Part shown: positions 61,831 through 64,000 of the stretch, one piece after another
Position numbering within the stretch: position 1 is the first letter of the stretch
Layout of the letters: each line of letters starts with the position of its first letter
Assembly: GCA_934122155.1 (NCBI GenBank)
Contig: CAKOVX010000002.1
Coordinates: 1,437 to 65,436 of the forward strand
DNA: 64,000 nt
Direction of reading: 5' to 3'
Source of the DNA: an uncultured Clostridia bacterium
GTDB lineage: Bacteria > Bacillota > Clostridia > TANB77 > CAG-508
Program-made: the position numbers and the translations under genes
The notes under the pieces: model-generated
Databases searched by the model: none
What the model saw: the letters and a program-made list of their open reading frames with translations, nothing else
Told to the model about the DNA's origin: nothing

Positions 61831-62103
61831 TTAAATAAATAATTTCAATATAACTAGTAGCACTGCACCTGGAATTCCTAAAAGACCTACTAATACCGCA
61901 GTAACAATATTTAATCCTATATGAAATTCCCATGCTGAACCTATTAAATTTATTATAAATATTAGCAATCCCCCTAATACAGAGTTTACTATTAATTTAA
62001 ACAAAGCCTTTAATGGGACTGAAAATATTTTTCCAATAATCCATAAAACTATTATACACCCTAAAATAACTAAAGCATTAGAAAAATCCAATTTTATCAC
62101 CAT
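61831..62103 (-). CDS. bofA: pro-sigma-K processing inhibitor BofA
   Basis: 90-aa two-TM protein with an LGIPG motif. Confidence 0.7.
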   Translation of the reverse strand: MVIKLDFSNALVILGCIIVLWIIGKIFSVPLKALFKLIVNSVLGGLLIFIINLIGSAWEFHIGLNIVTAVLVGLLGIPGAVLLVILKLFI

Positions 62104-62144
62104 TCCTTTAATAATATGTATGATACAAATTGGACAAATATTAC

Positions 62145-62420
62145 TTATACTACTTGATTTTTCTTAAAATAAATTTCTTCTATCATATTTAGTGATAGTC
62201 CTTTACTTCTAGCTTTTTCCATTAAAAAGTCAACTTTACTTTTACTTGCTTTTATTTGATATGTGTAATAGTCTACAAGCCCCTCTTCAGCAGTCTCAAA
62301 ATTTTTATTTGCAACATTAAGTTCTCTCTTTGCTTTTAATAAACTCATTATTAGTTCAACCTTTTTATCTTCTTCTGTTTTGTCTTTTATATTTAATTCT
62401 TTTTGATACTCATTATACAT
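62145..62420 (-). CDS. yaaL: YaaL-family protein (DUF2508)
   Basis: Small protein in the conserved yaaL-bofA arrangement; family assignment from memory. Confidence 0.55.
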   Translation of the reverse strand: MYNEYQKELNIKDKTEEDKKVELIMSLLKAKRELNVANKNFETAEEGLVDYYTYQIKASKSKVDFLMEKARSKGLSLNMIEEIYFKKNQVV

Positions 62421-62532
62421 TTGTTTTGTCCCTCCTTATAAAACATTTTATACATCAATTGTTGTTTTATTCAAAAATCTTGATTTTTATATAATATTTT
62501 GTTATAATAATTGCGTAATTTATATTGTTTAA

Positions 62533-62561
62533 GCCCCGCCTTATGCATAGGGCGGCTTTTT
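62533..62561 (+). terminator. intrinsic terminator-like hairpin in the serS leader
   Basis: ccgccttatgcatagggcgg followed by T5, 29 nt before the serS RBS; a candidate TTGATT-17-TATAAT promoter lies at 62480..62508. Confidence 0.45.
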
Positions 62562-62589
62562 ATAAAAATGTATGCAAAGCTTACAAGGA

Positions 62590-63885
62590 GGTAAATTTAT
62601 GATAGATATTAAATTTTTAAGAGAAAACCCAGATGTAGTTAAGGAAAATATCAAAAAGAAATTTCAAGATCATAAACTTGTATTAGTTGATGAAGTTCTT
62701 GAGTTAGATGCTAAAAATCGTGAAGCCAAATTAAATGGTGATGATTTAAGAAGTAAAAGAAATTCATTAAGTAGTGAAATCGGCAATTTAATGAAACAAG
62801 GCAAAAAAGATGAAGCTGAAAATATAAAATCTCAAGTTCAAGAAATTAATAATCAACTTTTAGAAAATGAAAAACTTGAAGAAGAATATGCAGCTAAAAT
62901 TCAAGAGAGAATGATGAAAATACCTAACATTATTCATGAATCTGTTCCAATCGGAAAAGATGATAGTCAAAATGTTGAGATTCAAAGATTTGGAGAGCCA
63001 TTTGTTCCAAGTTATGAAGTTCCATATCACACAGATATTATGGAATCATTTGATGGTATTGACTTAGATTCTGCTCGTAGAGTTGCTGGCAATGGATTTT
63101 ATTATTTAATGGGAGATATTGCTAGACTTCATTCAGCAGTTATTTCTTATGCTAGAGATTTTATGATTAATAAAGGTTTTACTTATTGTGTTCCACCTTT
63201 TATGATTCGTAGCAGTGTCGTAACTGGTGTTATGAGTTTTGAAGAAATGGATGCAATGATGTATAAAATTGAAGGAGAAGATTTATATTTAATTGGTACA
63301 AGTGAACATTCTATGATTGGTAAATTCAAAGATCAAATTCTTCAAAAGGATAAAATTCCTTATACAATGACTTCATATTCTCCTTGTTTTAGAAAAGAAA
63401 AAGGTGCTCATGGTATTGAAGAACGTGGTGTTTACCGTATTCATCAATTTGAAAAGCAAGAAATGATTGTTGTTTGTGAACCTGAAGATAGCTGGAATTG
63501 GTATGATAAATTATGGTCATATACAGTTGAATTGTTTAGAAGTATGGATATTCCAGTTCGTACATTAGAATGTTGTAGTGGTGATTTAGCTGACTTAAAA
63601 GCTAAGAGCTGTGATGTTGAAGCTTGGAGTCCTAGACAACAAAAATATTTCGAGGTTGGTAGTTGTTCTAATTTAACTGATGCTCAAGCTAGGCGTTTAG
63701 GTATTAGAATTAAGGGTGAAAAACAAAATTATTATGCTCACACATTAAATAATACTGTTGTTGCACCACCTCGTATGCTAATTGCTTTACTTGAAAATAA
63801 TTATCAAGAAGACGGCAGTGTTAAGATTCCTGAAGTATTATGGCCATATATGGGTGGAACTAAAGTTTTAAAACCAATTAAATAA
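62590..63885 (+). CDS. serS: serine--tRNA ligase
   Basis: N-terminal coiled coil plus class II core; GGAGG RBS before the ATG at 62590; the ORF-track start at 62572 overlaps the RBS. Confidence 0.95.
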   Translation, partial: GKFMIDIKFLRENPDVVKENIKKKFQDHKLVLVDEVLELDAKNREAKLNGDDLRSKRNSLSSEIGNLMKQGKKDEAENIKSQVQEINNQLLENEKLEEEYAAKIQERMMKIPNIIHESVPIGKDDSQNVEIQRFGEPFVPSYEVPYHTDIMESFDGIDLDSARRVAGNGFYYLMGDIARLHSAVISYARDFMINKGFTYCVPPFMIRSSVVTGVMSFEEMDAMMYKIEGEDLYLIGTSEHSMIGKFKDQILQKDKIPYTMTSYSPCFRKEKGAHGIEERGVYRIHQFEKQEMIVVCEPEDSWNWYDKLWSYTVELFRSMDIPVRTLECCSGDLADLKAKSCDVEAWSPRQQKYFEVGSCSNLTDAQARRLGIRIKGEKQNYYAHTLNNTVVAPPRMLIALLENNYQEDGSVKIPEVLWPYMGGTKVLKPIK

Positions 63886-63910
63886 ATTAAAAACTAGGAG
63901 TAGGTGTAAA

Positions 63911-64000
63911 ATGTTTATTAAAAACCCTGAGTTTAGAATTTCAGCTGTTAGTCCTAAGCAATACCCTGATGACGGGTTACCTCAAGTGGTATTGGTTGGA
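63911..64000 (+). CDS. probable ribosome-biogenesis GTPase EngB/YsxC (N-terminal 30 codons; continues beyond the window)
   Basis: MFIKNPEFRISAVSPKQYPDDGLPQVVLVG resembles the EngB N-terminus before the GRSNVGKSS P-loop; AGGAG RBS. Confidence 0.5.
   Translation, partial: MFIKNPEFRISAVSPKQYPDDGLPQVVLVG

Noticed and set aside
1-64000. CRISPR arrays, rRNA and tRNA genes
   Set aside because: No direct-repeat/spacer periodicity was found, and no tRNA-like GC-rich cloverleaf segments apart from the regulatory RNAs listed.

Overview
This is a low-GC (about 27-28%) Clostridium-type chromosomal segment, dense with genes, mostly core housekeeping and sporulation. Key content on the minus strand includes a T-box-controlled aspS-gatCAB transamidation operon, the HydABC [FeFe]-hydrogenase operon, and the yqfC-yqfD ... 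ybeY-dgkA ... era-yqzL-recO block. Other core genes are hpf, a SASP, rpsT, adhE, leuS, addB, ogg, splB, trmB, rng, pth, uvrC, a glmS ribozyme plus glmS, bofA, yaaL and serS. There are two two-component systems, one of them an agr-type quorum-sensing locus (LytTR regulator and AgrC-like kinase convergent with agrB and a 39-aa agrD that the ORF track missed). Several structures are not explained by standard annotation. (1) Between pgeF and addB, a 40-aa hydrophobic peptide gene with a hairpin-occluded RBS is convergent with a promoter-plus-terminator small RNA; the two share a bidirectional terminator and both start with a ~55-bp repeated leader. This is a candidate type I toxin-antitoxin module. 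(2) In the era 5' region, a 234-bp GC-rich element is bounded by 28-bp inverted repeats with TA flanks. (3) A second GC-rich palindromic element lies near 57.3 kb. (4) Three frame disruptions at A/T homopolymers occur within 4 kb (plsC, a GNAT, a GT-A-like gene), which is most consistent with indel errors. (5) addB is present without an adjacent addA. (6) A 110-aa gene has foreign codon usage. (7) Several proteins are unrecognised: an HExxH protein, a 578-aa double-HTH regulator, and a 420-aa basic protein sitting where phoH would be expected. No rRNA, tRNA or CRISPR was seen.
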